This document shows, piece by piece, positions 1-13,700 of a DNA stretch of 64,000 bases; within the stretch, counting starts at the first letter, position 1; each line of letters opens with the position of its first letter. The translations under genes and the position numbers were made by a program. The notes under the pieces were generated by a model, which did not search any database, was not told the origin of the DNA, and saw only the letters and a program-made list of their open reading frames with translations. Location: assembly GCA_951406725.2 (NCBI GenBank), contig OX597840.1, positions 19,468,001 through 19,532,000 of the forward strand. The letters are read 5' to 3'. This DNA is from Octopus vulgaris. Lineage: Eukaryota.

Positions 1-43
1 ACATAGCCCAATGCTTACCTACATGCATGTGTGTGTGTATATA

Positions 44-98
<55 letters not shown>

Positions 99-456
99 TA
101 TATATATATATACAAAGAGAGTGAGAGGGAGAGAGGGGGGAAGAGAAAGAGAGAGAGGGTGGGGTCGCACCGGTTTGGTAACTCCGTTTGAGATCGTGTA
201 CTGAAACCACAAATAAACAGTGAATGAATAGCGATTTCTATCAGTTCATGAACATGTAACACACCTTTATATTCTGCCCCTGAATAAATTATTAACTGAT
301 CCTCCTGGATTTTCTTTTACCCAAAGCCCAGGAACTTTTTAGCATCCCTTCGTAAGTATAGAGAACTGTAGAGAAAAAGATGAAAATATATCGGAAGGAG
401 AGATAAAAGGCAAACACGCGCAGACTCCAAAATTAGTTTTAAACCTGCAGAATATT

Positions 457-700
457 AGCGCAATCACCGTGGGAGCAGGGACAGCCGAGGAGGGACGGAT
501 TCGGTCAGCGGAGCAGAAACGTCAGATGCGTAAAGCCAGAGCCGCCTGCACCAGTAGCACGGCCCCTACCCACTTCTGCCCCACCTGTGGGAGGGGCTTC
601 CTTGCCCGGATTGGCCTCACCAGCCACCTCCGGTCTCATGGCGTCAGTTCCATCAGATGATGTCAGTTGGTCATCTTCGAACCGAAGGACGAACATTATT
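457..700 (+). mobile_element. 3' end of an RTE-type LINE (C-terminal C2H2 zinc finger + short 3'UTR), 5'-truncated
   Basis: 469-660 translates ...AEQKRQMRKAR...HFCPTCGRGFLARIGLTSHLRSH (CxxC-x12-HxxxH), typical of RTE ORF C-termini. GC-rich island in AT-rich flanks. Confidence 0.75.
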
Positions 701-789
701 ATCCAGGGTGTAGACTAAGGAATTATTGAATAATTTTCTTGGGGTGGGATCATGATGATATCAACTCCAATTTAGAATTCCTGTGCGTC

Positions 790-968
790 TTAATTTCTCC
801 AGCTTTCTTCTTCCGTTCTATTCCCTCCATATCTCTCCTATCTTTTCTGAAGAAGGATGAAAGTTCGAAACGTCCATTTTGTTCTTTTTGTCGCATTTCC
901 TGAACGTCAAACTAACGCCACCTCTGTGTTTATTTTCCCTTCGTCTTTATGTTTTGTTTTTCGTAACC
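790..968 (+). mobile_element. Diverged hammerhead-bearing mini-element (relative of families A/B)
   Basis: CTGAAGA(847-853)-a-gga/ttc helix II-GAAA(867)-CGTC. Downstream ttcctgaacgt...cttcgtcttt...ttcgtaa resembles the family A tail. Helix I is not intact. Confidence 0.5.
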
Positions 969-974
969 TCTGTA

Positions 975-1024
<50 letters not shown>

Positions 1025-1087
1025 CTGTATATATGTATAGTACATATATATCTATAATATAATATATATAATTTTATCTGTGTATAT

Positions 1088-1313
1088 ATTTTTTTTTCTC
1101 TCCTTTTCTCTCTCCTTTTTTTTCTCTCCTTTTTTCTCTCCTTTTTTTCTCTCTTAGTTACTCTCCTTGTTTTTTTTCTGTGTCCCTTTCTGTCGAAGAG
1201 CGTAGGCTCGAAACGTAAAAGTCTTTTTCTATTCCTGAGCGTTATATTAATACATCTGTTTGTTTTGTACACCACCTGTCTTCGTCTTTTTTTTTTTTTT
1301 TCGTAAACTCTCC
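1088..1313 (+). mobile_element. Family A mini-element with hammerhead-like motif (1186-1221)
   Basis: cttt-CTGTCGA-a-gagc gtag gctc-GAAA-CGTA-aaag. Near-identical copies at 4347, 15925 and 45995. Ends at a TA tract. Confidence 0.75.
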
Positions 1314-1665
1314 CTATATAAATATATGTGTGTGTGTGTGTGTGTGTGCGTGCGTGTCTGTGTGTGTGTGTGTGTGTGTGTGCGTGTGTGTGCGTGTGTG
1401 TGCGCGTGTGTGTGTCTGCGTACGTGCGTGTGCGCGTGTGTGTGTCTGCGTACGTGCGTGGACGCCCGTGTAATTAAAGCAAAAACTGAATACGCCTTTA
1501 ATACATTGCCTAATGGTGTTTTGGCCCACCCAAAATATATGTGACGTATATATAATGCATTCGTAAAATCTGTTATTGACCCTCGGTGGTAAAAAGAAAT
1601 TTGTCATCATCATCATCATCATTATTATTATTATTATTATTAATATTATTATTATTATTATCATT

Positions 1666-2090
1666 CAGTAGTTTTATTTTTATAGCGTGCTTTCACTTCA
1701 CTACCGAGCGCAGCTCTGTGTGCCTTGGGTATGTGCTGTGATTTGTTGTGATGCTCTGATGGTTATTCTATGGAAAGTGTTCTGCGTAGGATGTGTGCAG
1801 TGCCTAGTAGTGCAATTTTCTGTATGTTATATGTGTTTGTAAGTCCTGGTGTTTTTGTTATGTATTTGTCTGAATATTTTTTTATCATGCCTAATACACC
1901 TACTATGATAGGAATTGTTTCTGTTTTCAGGTTCCACATTCTAGTTACCTCTATTTCCAGGTCTTTGTATTTTGAGAGTTTCTCCATTTCTTTTAGAGAC
2001 AAGTTGTCATCTGCCGGTATTGATACATCAATTAGAAAGCATTTTTTTTCTTCATGATCTCTGACAACTATATCTGGTCTGTTGGCCTTA
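1666..2090 (-). mobile_element. Dong/R4-clade non-LTR retrotransposon 3' end (restriction-like endonuclease + 3'UTR) in (TAA)n
   Basis: ORF 1763-2104(-): RPDIVVRD...CFLIDVSIP.D.N...KE.EK..KYKDL.IE..RMW...IPIIVG.LG...IQK.ALLGTAHILRR, an RLE PD-(D/E)xK domain. Flanked by TAA repeats. Confidence 0.85.
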
Positions 2091-2108
2091 ATTATTATTA
2101 TCATTATT

Positions 2109-2279
2109 CTGTAGTTTTATTTTTATAGGGTGCGTTCACTTCACTACCGAGCGCAGCTCTGTGTGCCTTGGGTATGTGTTGTGATTTGTTGTGGTTGCTC
2201 TGATGGTTATTGTATGGAAAGTGTTCTGCGTAGGATGTGTGCAGTGCCTAGTAGTGCAATTTTCTGTATGTTATATGTG

Positions 2280-2280
<1 letters not shown>
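2109..2280 (-). mobile_element. Second, shorter copy of the same Dong/R4 3' end
   Basis: Near-identical to 1666-1838 (gtagttttattttt...ctaccgagcgcagctctgtgtgccttgggtatgtg...gtatgttatatgtgttt). Confidence 0.85.
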
Positions 2281-2281
<1 letters not shown>

Positions 2282-2349
<68 letters not shown>

Positions 2350-2364
2350 TACTATTATTATTAT
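2282..2364. repeat. (TTA)n microsatellite
   Basis: Direct reading. Confidence 0.95.
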
Positions 2365-2749
2365 TTTGCTTTGTACTTGTACAAGTTGACTCCCATTCTC
2401 ACCCAGAGACCTCAGGAGACAACAAGTTAAAAGTTCAAGTTGCTGTTATGACTAGGGTGCCATATATTTGGTTTTGTCCAGAGCATTGTTCTAGAAGACG
2501 TCTGTCAAAACATAAAGTAAATTAGAAAGTTTGTTTTAAAAGTAATTTGATTATAAAGTGATAGTTTGATATAAAAGGTGTTTGCTGTACATTTAAAAGT
2601 ATTTTGACACTGTTTACGGATTAAAATGTTTTTGGGATTAAATAGACAATATTTTATGTAGAATATGGGAAGTTCCCACGAGCACTATTTTTTGAATTTC
2701 TTCCATTCTGGGGTTTCCTGGTATCCGAAAATTATTGTTGTTGACAACG

Positions 2750-2970
2750 ATCCGGTAGAAATTGAATTCACCTCAATAGACGTCATTGATTGGTTGAAAT
2801 TGCCGAAATGCAAGAAAATAAACAAGAAATAGCTTACAAACTATAGAATTTTCTCAATAAAGCCAAGAGAAAAAGATGTTTTATAAACACATTCTACCAG
2901 TATACGAAGTTTAAAAGTGTTTAGTTACAAAGAAATTATTTTTAAAATCTGCCGGTCAAAGCGAAAAGAT
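2750..2970 (+). repeat. Unclassified interspersed repeat; diverged inverted homolog at 5885-6070
   Basis: cattgattggttgaaatt...cattctaccagtatacgaagtt...tttagtta...aaaatctg is the reverse complement of cagatttt...taactaaa...aacttggtatactggtggaatg...aatttcaaccaatcaa. Confidence 0.55.
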
Positions 2971-2972
2971 CC

Positions 2973-3342
<370 letters not shown>

Positions 3343-4127
3343 TCGTGGTTGTTTCACCTACATCCGCTCGGGCCGTGTAGTTTTATGATCCCCCCCTCCC
3401 AACCGCAACCGCCTTTTTTTTTTTTTTTTCGTTCGAGGTTGTGGTGCATCTTACAAATACATACACCATGCAAAGTGCTCTTCCCATTTAAAGACAATGG
3501 CGTGTGATTTGAGAAAGATTTAGCTGGAATTTCTATCCGGTCCAACTATACAAACTGCGTATCAACTGACACTCGACAGGCGTTTTGCGAATTTTAAACG
3601 CCACCCAATCGGATATTTTGTTTTCTTTCTTCGAATATTTTGGCTGTGAACTACATTTAAGACTTGACAATTAAACACGTGACTAGCGACACGTGATATA
3701 TTTATATTTTAATTGTTTATGCATTAATTTCACTTCGTATTTATACCTCAAAGAGATTTAGATTATTGTTGTGTCAGGAAAAGTTTACAATTAAACGGAT
3801 GTCATCAAAAAGAAGAAAAGCTTGGAGTTGTCTCATGTTGGGTGTCGCTGGTTGAAAGGAATTTGTGGTCGGGGCAGTCAGGGAAATCGGAAACAGTTTT
3901 TTTAAAAAAAAAAACGAATATTTTATCTCTTTCATGTTCTCTGTGTAGTTTGTTTCGATCATTGGACAGCGGCCATGTAGGGCCACCGCCCTCGAAGGGC
4001 TTGGTTCTTAACCGAGGTCCATATGGCCATTGAGGATGCATATAGGACTTTGTTCGAAGTTGGTTCGACATTTTAAAATCATATTTCATCTGTTACTTGC
4101 CATCTGGATATTGGACAATCACTCACA

Positions 4128-4177
<50 letters not shown>

Positions 4178-4241
4178 TACACACACACATACACACACAC
4201 ATATATATATATGTGTGTATGTATGTAAATATATCTATATC

Positions 4242-4282
<41 letters not shown>

Positions 4283-4346
4283 ATATAAATATGTATATAT
4301 ATGTATATATGTATATATATGTATATATGTATATATATATATATAT

Positions 4347-4551
4347 ATTTCTCTCCTTTTTTTCTCTCCTTTTTTCTCTCCTTTATTTTCTCTCCTTGTT
4401 TCTCACCTTGTTTTTTCTGTATCCCTTTCTGTAGAAGAGCGTAGGCTCGAAACGTAAAAGACTTTTTCTATTCCTGAGCGTTATACTAATACATCTGTTT
4501 GTTTTGTACACCACCTGTCTTCGTCTTTTGTTTTTTCGTAAACTCTCCCCC

Positions 4552-4552
<1 letters not shown>
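4347..4552 (+). mobile_element. Family A mini-element, hammerhead-like motif 4425-4460
   Basis: cttt-CTGTAGA-a-gagc gtag gctc-GAAA-CGTA-aaag, lying between TA and CA tracts. Confidence 0.75.
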
Positions 4553-4620
<68 letters not shown>

Positions 4621-5223
4621 TTGTATGTATGTATGTATTTATGTATGTATCTGTGTATATATGTATGTATGTATGTATGTATCTGTGTATGTATGTATGT
4701 ATCTGTGTATGTATGTATGTATGTATGTATGTATGTATGTATGCATGTGTGTATGTGTTTGCATATATCGATGAGAGCGTATTGCATTGCGTGTGCGTGC
4801 ATGCGTGTCTATAGACATGCAGCTATATGTGTGTTTGTGTCTTTGTGTGTGTGTGTATGCCACTGTGTGTCTGTGTGTATATGAATGTGCATGCGTGCTC
4901 GCGTGCATGTATGTGTGTGTGTGTGTGTGTGTGTTTATGCTTCCAAGTTTCTATTTTCGGCACCTGTTGGTCTTAATTTCAAGGTCTGTTAGAGAAGCAC
5001 TTAAGACGGAGATGACTTGAGGACTTGTGGGAGACGGGTGTATATAGATAATGACAGAGAAGAAAAAAGGCGGGGGTTGTGTGTTAATTCGGGGTGACAA
5101 TGGGGTAGAGTCACGGGATGAGTAAAACCAAGCTGTAGTTCGGGTGGGGTTGGTTGGTGGTGGTGGTGATGGTGGTGGTAGTTGTTTACGCTGGGTGTCC
5201 GATAAAGTGATACATAAACGTTT

Positions 5224-5872
5224 AAAGGCGGCGAGCTGGCAGAGTCGTTAAGGACGCCGGGCGAAATGCTTAGCGGTATTTCGTCCGTCTTTACATTCTG
5301 AGTTCAAATTCCGCCGAGGTCGACTTTGCCTTTCATCCTTTCGGGGTCGATAAATTAAGTACCAGTTACGTACTGGAGTCGATGTAATCGACTTAATCCG
5401 TTTGTCTGTCCTTGTTTGTCCCCTCTGTGTTTAGCCCCTCGTGGGTAGTAAAGAAATAGGTATTTCGTCTGCCGTTACGTTCTGAGTTCAAATTCCGCCG
5501 AGGTCGACTTTGCCTTTCATCCTTTCGGAGTCGATAAATTAAGTACCAGTTACGCACTGGGGTCGATATAATCGACTTAATCCGTTTGTCTGTCCTTGTT
5601 TGTCCTCTCTGTGTTTAGCCCCTTGTGGGTAGTACAGAAATAGGTATTTCGTCTGCCGCTACGTTCTGAGTTCAAATTCCGCCGAGGTCGACTTTGCCTT
5701 TCATCCTTTCAGGGTCGATAAATTAAGTACCAGTTACGCACTGGGGTCGATATAATCGACTTAATCCGTCTGTCTGTCCTTGTTTGTCCTTTCTGTGTTT
5801 AGTCCCTTGTGGGTAGTAAAGAAATAGAAATAGGTATTCTGTCTGTCTTTACGTTCTGAGTTCAAATTCCAC
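5224..5872 (+). mobile_element. SINE family 2 with tandemly repeated 184-bp body (about 3.2 units)
   Basis: Head ggcggcgagctggcaga..., B-box-like gagttcaaattcc. Unit starts at 5277, 5461 and 5645. Confidence 0.85.
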
Positions 5873-6195
5873 TGAGGGTTCAGTTTAACTCACAGATTTT
5901 TTAATTAATTTTTTTTAACTAAATAGTTTGCAACTTGGTATACTGGTGGAATGTCTCACGCAGAACACAGTTTACTTTGAACATTTTTGACTAAATTTCG
6001 TATTTTAGATCGTGTTAAAGTTAATGTACTTGGGTAATTTCAACCAATCAACGGCGTGTATTCAGTTGAAGAAAGCTGCTGCTGTTTACGATAGTAATCG
6101 AAGAGGAACAACTTCTGGGACATCTCTACTAAATATGACCACTCTTTTTTATTCGTATGGCGAGCGAAAACAATATTTATACATACATAAACATA

Positions 6196-6315
6196 TATCA
6201 CGGGATCACGTGACCGAACAGACTCTCGGATGTTGTTAAGCATAGCTAATCACAATGCGCTTTGCATCGTTTTAGTTCTCGAATGATGCCTCCACGGTGA
6301 CTAGGTGAGGAGGAC
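6196..6315 (-). repeat. ~120-bp interspersed repeat, homolog at 56145-56270(+)
   Basis: Shared ctaaaac.atg..aagcgcattgtga..agc.atg...aacatc.ga.ag.ctg.tcggtca..gtgatc.cg.tgata followed by TA. Confidence 0.6.
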
Positions 6316-6374
6316 ACACACACACACACATTATATATATGTATGCATGTGTGTGTGTGTATATATATATATAA

Positions 6375-6581
6375 ACATAGATTCAAATGAATATGGTACT
6401 TAAGTTAGATGCACCAGAATTTTGTACGGTGTTATCCATAAAAATCCATGGGGTGATTATAATCAAAATAAGCAACAAGAATATCTTCGGTAATTTTGTA
6501 CGATCGTTTCACGCTACATTATTTTATTAAACATTGTAAGTATCACACCAGTTTTTAAATGTTGAGCAATCATCAGCCGTT

Positions 6582-6582
<1 letters not shown>
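6375..6582 (-). mobile_element. Mini-element in TA tract with hammerhead-like core (6498-6577)
   Basis: Minus strand: CTGATGA-t-tgct..acatt/aatgt-agcg-t-GAAA-CGATCG-TA. Helix III ACGATCGT is a perfect palindrome; helix I is lost at the 5' junction. Confidence 0.55.
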
Positions 6583-6617
<35 letters not shown>

Positions 6618-6628
6618 CATATATAGTT

Positions 6629-6676
<48 letters not shown>

Positions 6677-6970
6677 TGTATGTATGTATGTATGTATGTG
6701 TGTATATATATATATATATTTGAGAGGGTATGTATTTTTTCTGTAATTTAAGGCACGGCTGGACACACGCGCACGCGCACATGTGTCACGCACATGCGCA
6801 CGTAGAGGGAGGGAGAGACACGTGAATTGAGCAAGTTTCTTCTTTTGTTGAAGAATATCACGTGAAAAAATAAATATATATGTCAAATCAGTTATTTTGA
6901 TTCGCTGATTTGTCTACCTGACCTAATTCGTGCCCGCTCTGTCTGTGTTTGCATACATACAGACGTTTAT

Positions 6971-7041
<71 letters not shown>

Positions 7042-7045
<4 letters not shown>

Positions 7046-7236
7046 GGTCCCGGGTTGAGTCGGGGTTAACCACAGTAAATAAGGTACTCAATACATAGCA
7101 GAGTAAATTAATTTATTTTATAGAAGGAGCTTCTACAGGACTAGAACTGTTTCATTCAAAAGAAATCATCAGGCTTCCTGATGATTTCTTTTGAATGAAA
7201 CAGTTCTAGTCCTGTAGAAGCTCCTTCTATAAAATA
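7042..7236. mobile_element. Family C fold-back element: 60-bp inverted arms (7114-7173/7177-7236) plus tail, hammerhead-like core on both strands
   Basis: CTGATGA(7178)-t-ttc tttt gaa-t-GAAA-CAG-TT. Arms are exact reverse complements around a 3-nt spacer; (TA)n on both sides. Confidence 0.8.
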
Positions 7237-7256
7237 TATATATATATATATATATA

Positions 7257-7437
7257 CAGTTCCATTTGAAAAATCCACCAGAATGGACGAAAGCGCTAAT
7301 ATATAATATATGATCTAAGTTATGTGATGTATAAAAACATGTAATATACAAATAAATATCTGTAAATATAAAAACCATCCGAATTTCTGAGTACCTCATT
7401 TCTTCTAATACAAAATACCTGTACATCATCTCCGAAC

Positions 7438-7443
<6 letters not shown>
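7257..7443 (+). mobile_element. 5'-truncated mini-element retaining the 3' half of a hammerhead
   Basis: tccatt...aatgga-c-GAAA-GCGC-TA (palindromic AGCGCT). CUGANGA is missing, replaced by the TA tract. Confidence 0.4.
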
Positions 7444-7492
<49 letters not shown>

Positions 7493-7589
7493 TATATATA
7501 TATTTATATATAGGTGAGTGTATTTTTACCTTGTTAACAATTAACACGGAAAAAATATTTGATTACACCTGCGTTAACTCCATTTTTTA

Positions 7590-7634
<45 letters not shown>

Positions 7635-7943
7635 ACATGTGCATGTATGTATATATGTACAGAGACCCTGCGTATCTGTGTGATTTACCAGACACTCTGC
7701 AAGAAAGATCACGTGTCGTTCAATGTGCTTTTCGACAAATGATTGGCGAATCTATAAAGGCGTTGTTAAGTTGTTTGGCGGCAAGAGAGGATTATATTTT
7801 CACAGCCAAACTAAATAGCTAAATATTTGATTATATATTGTTTATTAAGCATATCGTATATGATTCCATATTTGTTTATTTATAACATCATGTATTTATA
7901 TATATATGTAATGCATACATATATATATAAATGCGTATATATA

Positions 7944-7979
<36 letters not shown>

Positions 7980-8047
7980 TGTATGTATGTATGTATGTAT
8001 GTATGTATGTATGTATGTATGTATGTATATATGTATGTATGTATGTA

Positions 8048-8114
<67 letters not shown>

Positions 8115-8252
8115 GTAAAAAGTGAAAAAACTACAGAAGGCTTGTTTTAAAAGGTTAAAAAATATATATTTGAGTCAATATGTCTGAAGGATATTATAAA
8201 TGTTTTTCTTACAGTGACATAGTTTAGAAGAAATGACCACAAACCAACTTTC

Positions 8253-8325
<73 letters not shown>

Positions 8326-8329
8326 TAGA

Positions 8330-8421
<92 letters not shown>

Positions 8422-8425
8422 CAGA

Positions 8426-8490
8426 CTGAGACAGCGTTTCATTGAACCTGAAAATCATCACAGGCTTCAAGTAATCGATCATCAGACATG
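8426..8490 (-). ncRNA. Degenerate hammerhead-like motif
   Basis: Minus strand: CTGATGA...ttgaagcctg/caggttcaa-t-GAAA-CGCTG-TC. Extra nucleotides before helix II; poor helix I. Confidence 0.3.
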
Positions 8491-8729
8491 TATGTTATAC
8501 ATACATACATACATACATACATACATACATACACGCATACACAGTCACACGGATGCGCAGATAGTCATTCCAATAGACATACACGATGTATAATAATGCG
8601 GTCGATGTGACAGCTGAAGCCACTAGATTGTGCCTACAGATAGCAATATACAGTCATACCTCGTGAATGCTGGCCCATCCTGTATGCACACACACACACA
8701 CACAGACACACACACATATATATATATAT

Positions 8730-8936
8730 ATAAATACAAAATGGGGCGAGAACGCAAAACATCCAAATAGACGATACACAGAAAACAAGGACGGGTCATT
8801 CGAAGTTTTCTTTCCTCAGTCGAGTTCCACACTATCTTTGCAATTTCGGCCGGTTATTCTCGAGATTGCTCCAATCTGGTCAGCCCTAAGGAAAAACTAA
8901 GCTAAAAGCATTAGATTCCTTGGAAAAAAGCAGCGA

Positions 8937-8940
<4 letters not shown>
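8730..8940 (-). repeat. Unclassified insert in TA tract; diverged homolog at 58020-58140(+)
   Basis: Shared cgaaatt.gc...gactg...cttcgaatga...gtc...gtgt.tcgtc pattern. Confidence 0.4.
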
Positions 8941-8991
<51 letters not shown>

Positions 8992-9004
8992 ATATATATA
9001 TTCT

Positions 9005-9405
9005 TTTTTTGTTACTTGTTTCAGTCAATTGACTACGGCCAGGCTGGAGCACCGTCTTGGAAGGTTTTAGTCGAAAAAATTGACCGCAGGACTTAATTTT
9101 TTTAACCCTGGTACTTATTCTATCAGTCTTTTACCGGACAGCTAAGTTACGGAAATGTAAAGATACCAACACCGGTTGCCAAGCGATGATGGGGTACAAA
9201 TACAGACACACACATACACACAGGCAGGTACACACACGCATACACACATATGACGTGCTTCTTTCAGTTTCCGTCAACCAAATCCACTGAGAAGGCTTTG
9301 GATGGCCCGAGGCTATAGTAGAAGACACTTGCCCAAGGTGCCACGCAGTGGGACTGAACCTGGAGCCATGTGGGTGGGAAACAAGCTACTTACCACACAG
9401 CCACG
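9005..9405 (-). mobile_element. SINE family 1 (tRNA-like head, internal microsatellite)
   Basis: Minus: tggctgtgtggtaagtagcttg...ggttcagtcccactgcgtggcaccttgggcaagtgtcttct...ggtgctccagc...gactgaaacaagtaa. Confidence 0.85.
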
Positions 9406-9460
9406 CATGCACACACAAATATATATATATATGTTTATGTATATATATATATATATATAT

Positions 9461-9502
<42 letters not shown>

Positions 9503-9698
9503 GTATGTATGTATGTATGTATGTATGCATGCATATATGTATGTGTGTATGTATGTATGTATGTATGTGTGTATGTATATATGTATGTATATATGTATAT
9601 ATGTATATATGTATATATATGTATATATGTATATATGTATGTATGTATGCATGTATGTATGTATGTATGTATGTATGTACGTATGTATGTATGTATGC

Positions 9699-9753
<55 letters not shown>

Positions 9754-10149
9754 CATACATACATACAGATATATATATATATATATATATATCTATATCT
9801 GTATGTATGTATGTATGTATGCATAGTAACACTTCGGCTATCATTCCTCAAAAAGCATGCGGCGCAGAGAAGCAAACAGCACTATTCGGGGGTCGGTGTA
9901 ACATAAACGGAGATAGCAACCTGATAGGCAAATGTATTTTTAACCGCGTTTCACCAATGCATTCAAAGGACGTTGACATCGTCGAAAAAATCCCAGAAAA
10001 CCTGAGGCTAATCGCTGCGGTAACCTTTAGATAATCCCGTATCTTGTGATCTAATGCTATGAGAAAAAAAAAACAAACAAAAAACAAATTAAAGTGAAAT
10101 CGTACGATCTTCTTAATTAATGAAATAACTTAAATTTATGTATATACAT

Positions 10150-10540
10150 ACTCTCTTTTACTCTTTTACTTGTTTCAGTCATTTGACTGCGGCCATGCTG
10201 GAGCACCGCCTTTAGTCGAGCAAATCGACCCCAGTACTTATTCTATCGGTCTCTCTTTTGCCGAACCGCTAAGTGACGGGGACGTAAACACACCAGCATC
10301 GGTTGTCGAGCAATGCTAGGGGGACAAACACAGAGACACAAACACACGCACACACACACATATATATATATATATTTATACATATATACGACAGGCTTCT
10401 TTCAGTTTCCGTCTACCAAATCCACTCATAAGGCATTGGTCGGCCCGAGGCTATAGCAGAAGACACTTGCCCAAGATGCCACGCAGTGGGACTGAACCCG
10501 GAACCATGTGGTTGGTTAGCAAGCTACTTACCACACAACC
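10150..10540 (-). mobile_element. SINE family 1
   Basis: Same consensus, (AAAAGAG) tail. Confidence 0.9.
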
Positions 10541-10554
10541 ATATGTATATATAC

Positions 10555-10677
<123 letters not shown>

Positions 10678-10690
10678 ATACATATATCTT

Positions 10691-10729
<39 letters not shown>

Positions 10730-10733
<4 letters not shown>

Positions 10734-10980
10734 TAAAGGACTTTTCATTTGTCTTACTTATTTTTTACACTTTGGTTTTGTGCTGAGTTTTTTCTTGGGA
10801 ACACATTCTTCGTGGAAAATAGCGATTTTGACGTCTATATCTAGCATATTGACGGTCCACTTTTAGTGGTCAGTCCTTTAAATTTTGTATGTAAAAATAT
10901 TTTAATCTTCGGATTTTTTTAATATGCTGGGCCACTGGTTTTAATTGATTAATATCAATTTCTACCCTTATTAAATTTTA
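10730..10980 (+). mobile_element. Family D 3' portion (no ribozyme) in TA tract
   Basis: gacgtctatatctagcat...gtccactttt...cagtcctt...aatcttcggatt...ccactggtttt...tctaccctt matches 39260-39492. Confidence 0.75.
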
Positions 10981-11002
10981 TATATATATATGTATATATA
11001 AA

Positions 11003-11074
<72 letters not shown>

Positions 11075-11089
11075 TTTAAAATATAAATA

Positions 11090-11280
11090 TGTGAAAGAAT
11101 GGAGTTGAACGACGAATTAACAAAATTCCTTTATTCTCGACATATGTTTCGAAGGCTGCATATTCCTAATTGCGAAGGAAAGAGGAGTACATTATGCCGC
11201 TTTCTCATCAGGAAAAGCAAGGAATTTATGTCAACATCAAAATGCACAAAAACTTTTAGATGATTGCTCACACGGAGCCC
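11090..11280 (-). mobile_element. Family E element arm carrying a canonical type I hammerhead
   Basis: See the ribozyme at 11128-11222. The end gtgaaagaatggagttgaacga is shared with 32310-32355 and 53490-53555. Confidence 0.75.
11128..11222 (-). ncRNA. Type I hammerhead ribozyme, canonical core
   Basis: Minus: cctt..ttttc-CTGATGA-gaaagcggcata...tatgcagccttc-GAAA-CATATG-TC^gagaa..aagg. All core nucleotides are canonical, with a GUC site. Confidence 0.8.
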
Positions 11281-11484
11281 ATTTAAAAATTTAAATTTTA
11301 AATTTTATATATTATATTAATTATATTTATATGTTTTGTTATTTATGTATTGGTTTATGTCTATTACTGTTTGAGTTGCCTAATAGTGGTTTTATCTCTA
11401 ATTTAATTTAATTAATATGAAATTTGATTTAATCCTAAATCTAATTTTTCCTTGTAAGTTTAGATATAATCCCTAATATTATTA

Positions 11485-11537
<53 letters not shown>

Positions 11538-11857
11538 CATATGTGCGTGTGTGTGTTTTTATATATCTTTATATAAACATAACAGAAGAGCGAAGGATGG
11601 ATAGGAGCAAGGATAAAAAAAAAGAGTCACATGTTGCTTCGGATCTTTTGTATACAAAAGTGTTTTAGTGTTTACATATTTGAGTTTTTGGTTTAAAGTG
11701 TGTGTGTGTGGGGGGGGGAGGGGCGTTATAGTGTAGCAAAAATGTCATATTTAACTGAAGTGGATCCGGTTTCGCTGGTTTCAGCCACGCAAAGTTTTAT
11801 ATAATTTTTCTTATTTAAAACCACGTGCAGTTTAATGATTAAATAGACATGTTGCTT

Positions 11858-11970
<113 letters not shown>

Positions 11971-12087
11971 GCATACATAAATACACACACACACACACAC
12001 ACACACACCAACAACACCTGCACCAACAATTGCAGTAACAGCAGCATCAACACCAGCAGAAACAGCATCACCAACGCCCGCACACAC

Positions 12088-12400
12088 GGAGACACATCGG
12101 CTGCCCCGGTAACACGTTCAAGCAGCGCTTCGCCAACCACAAATCCTCTTTCAGGATCGCGAAAAGGAAACACGCTACGTCCTTAGCCAGCCATGTATTG
12201 CGGCTGAAGGTCAAACGAAGCACCGCACGTAATATCATGGAAGATCCTTGAAAACTGAGGCCCCTATATAAATGGGACCAAGCGTTGTAAACTGTGCGTA
12301 GTCTAATGGACGAGGATATCAAAGGACTTCCTCGACCTGGGGAACAGCCTAAACTCCAGGAAATTCTTGCTGGTGTTTTGGGATCCACACGCTAACAAGG
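12088..12400 (+). pseudogene. Penelope-like element GIY-YIG endonuclease C-terminal fragment (degenerate)
   Basis: [21 protein letters not shown]...[12 protein letters not shown], then in a shifted frame ISWKILEN*GPYINGTKRCKLC...NSLNSRK. A degenerate hammerhead follows: CTGAAGA-a-acgccgtaaa/tttatggacgt-GAAA (~12524-12565). Confidence 0.75.
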
Positions 12401-12610
12401 TCAATTACGAATAACAGTCAAAGGGAGACAATACCTTGTTGACAGAGTAACGAAATCTTTTTCTCCTCCATTTTCTAGAGAGGCCACCTGCTAGAGAGGC
12501 CATAAGGCCAACAGGTTTAGTGTCTGAAGAAACGCCGTAAAACTAAGCGCTTTATGGACGTGAAAACGAGGATAATTCCATAGACCAGGCATGTCTATCT
12601 TTATCTATGT

Positions 12611-12829
12611 CAGTGGCTTTCAACCAGGGTTCCGCGGAACCTTAGGGTTCCGCCAGTACAGTCCAGGGGTTCCGCAAGAAGTTACAAAACTGCTAAAATC
12701 GTCAGTAATTTTTAATTCTCCTGTGCAGATATGTGTGCATAAGACTATTAAATTATTGCACAGGGGTTCCTCGAGCCAGTGGAATGTTTCTTTGGGGTTC
12801 CGCTCCAGCAAAAAGGTTGAAAAGCACTG
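12611..12829. mobile_element. hAT-type MITE with perfect 8-bp TSD
   Basis: TIRs cagtggctttcaacc / ggttgaaaagcactg. TSD atctatgt at 12603-12610 and 12830-12837. Repeated internal ggttccg motifs. Confidence 0.9.
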
Positions 12830-13506
12830 ATCTATGTATTCTACTGCTCTATAACTTAGAGTGTACTTTATTTCGGATTTATGGTTTAGTGACGATATAC
12901 ATACATACGCACATACATCTATATACTGAGTGAACGGATGATTAGTTTGTTAAAAAAAGTTCATTGCACGAATGATAAACATAGGCACTGCTTAAATTTC
13001 TTCTGTTATTTGTTAATTGGTTATGTGAAGCTGATCTGGAATAGAGGGGCCGCAACTGGAGACGAAGGTACTTTGAGAAATATAGCTGATTGATTCATTA
13101 ATCAAATGATTGATCATGAAATCGATTAAATAGTCGGTCGAATAGATAACTAATTGACGAGGGATAAACAAGTGAAATTGTACCAGTGCGTGTGTTTATT
13201 GTTATTGACAGAACGACCCTCCCAAAAATACAACCAAATTGATGAGATAAATAAGTAAATAAATAGAATAGACACAAGGTGAAGTGTTATGTAACAGTTA
13301 AATAAATAAATAAATACAATAATTATATAAATAAAAATTATAAATAAAAGCTGAAGAGTGCAATGGTAAAAGTCGAATCATGGCTCATTGTATGTGACTA
13401 TTACTAAATATTTAGAGCGTATTATTGCGTTTGTGTGTGTGTGTGTGTGTTTGTGTGTGTGTGTTTGTGTGTGTGTGTATGTGTGTGCTTGCGCACGCGT
13501 AATATA

Positions 13507-13548
<42 letters not shown>

Positions 13549-13650
13549 GAGAGAGAGAGAGAGAGAGTGATATGTATGTAGGTATATATATGTGTGTGTG
13601 CGTGTGTGTGTATGTGTATTATGCATATGTGTATGTCTATCTATCTATCC

Positions 13651-13700
<50 letters not shown>

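Noticed and set aside
8780-8895. Possible hammerheads on minus (CTGAGGA...CGAAT; ggcc-GAAA-TTGC)
   Set aside because: Core elements cannot be assembled into one valid fold.
9936-9991. Minus-strand TCGACGA...GAAA-CGCG-GT motif
   Set aside because: At least three core mismatches; possibly a decayed hammerhead but not supportable.
12256-12258. In-frame TGA aligning with Cys of the 46.2 kb PLE copy (possible selenocysteine)
   Set aside because: The same relic has a TAA stop and a frameshift, so ordinary decay explains it; no SECIS was identified.
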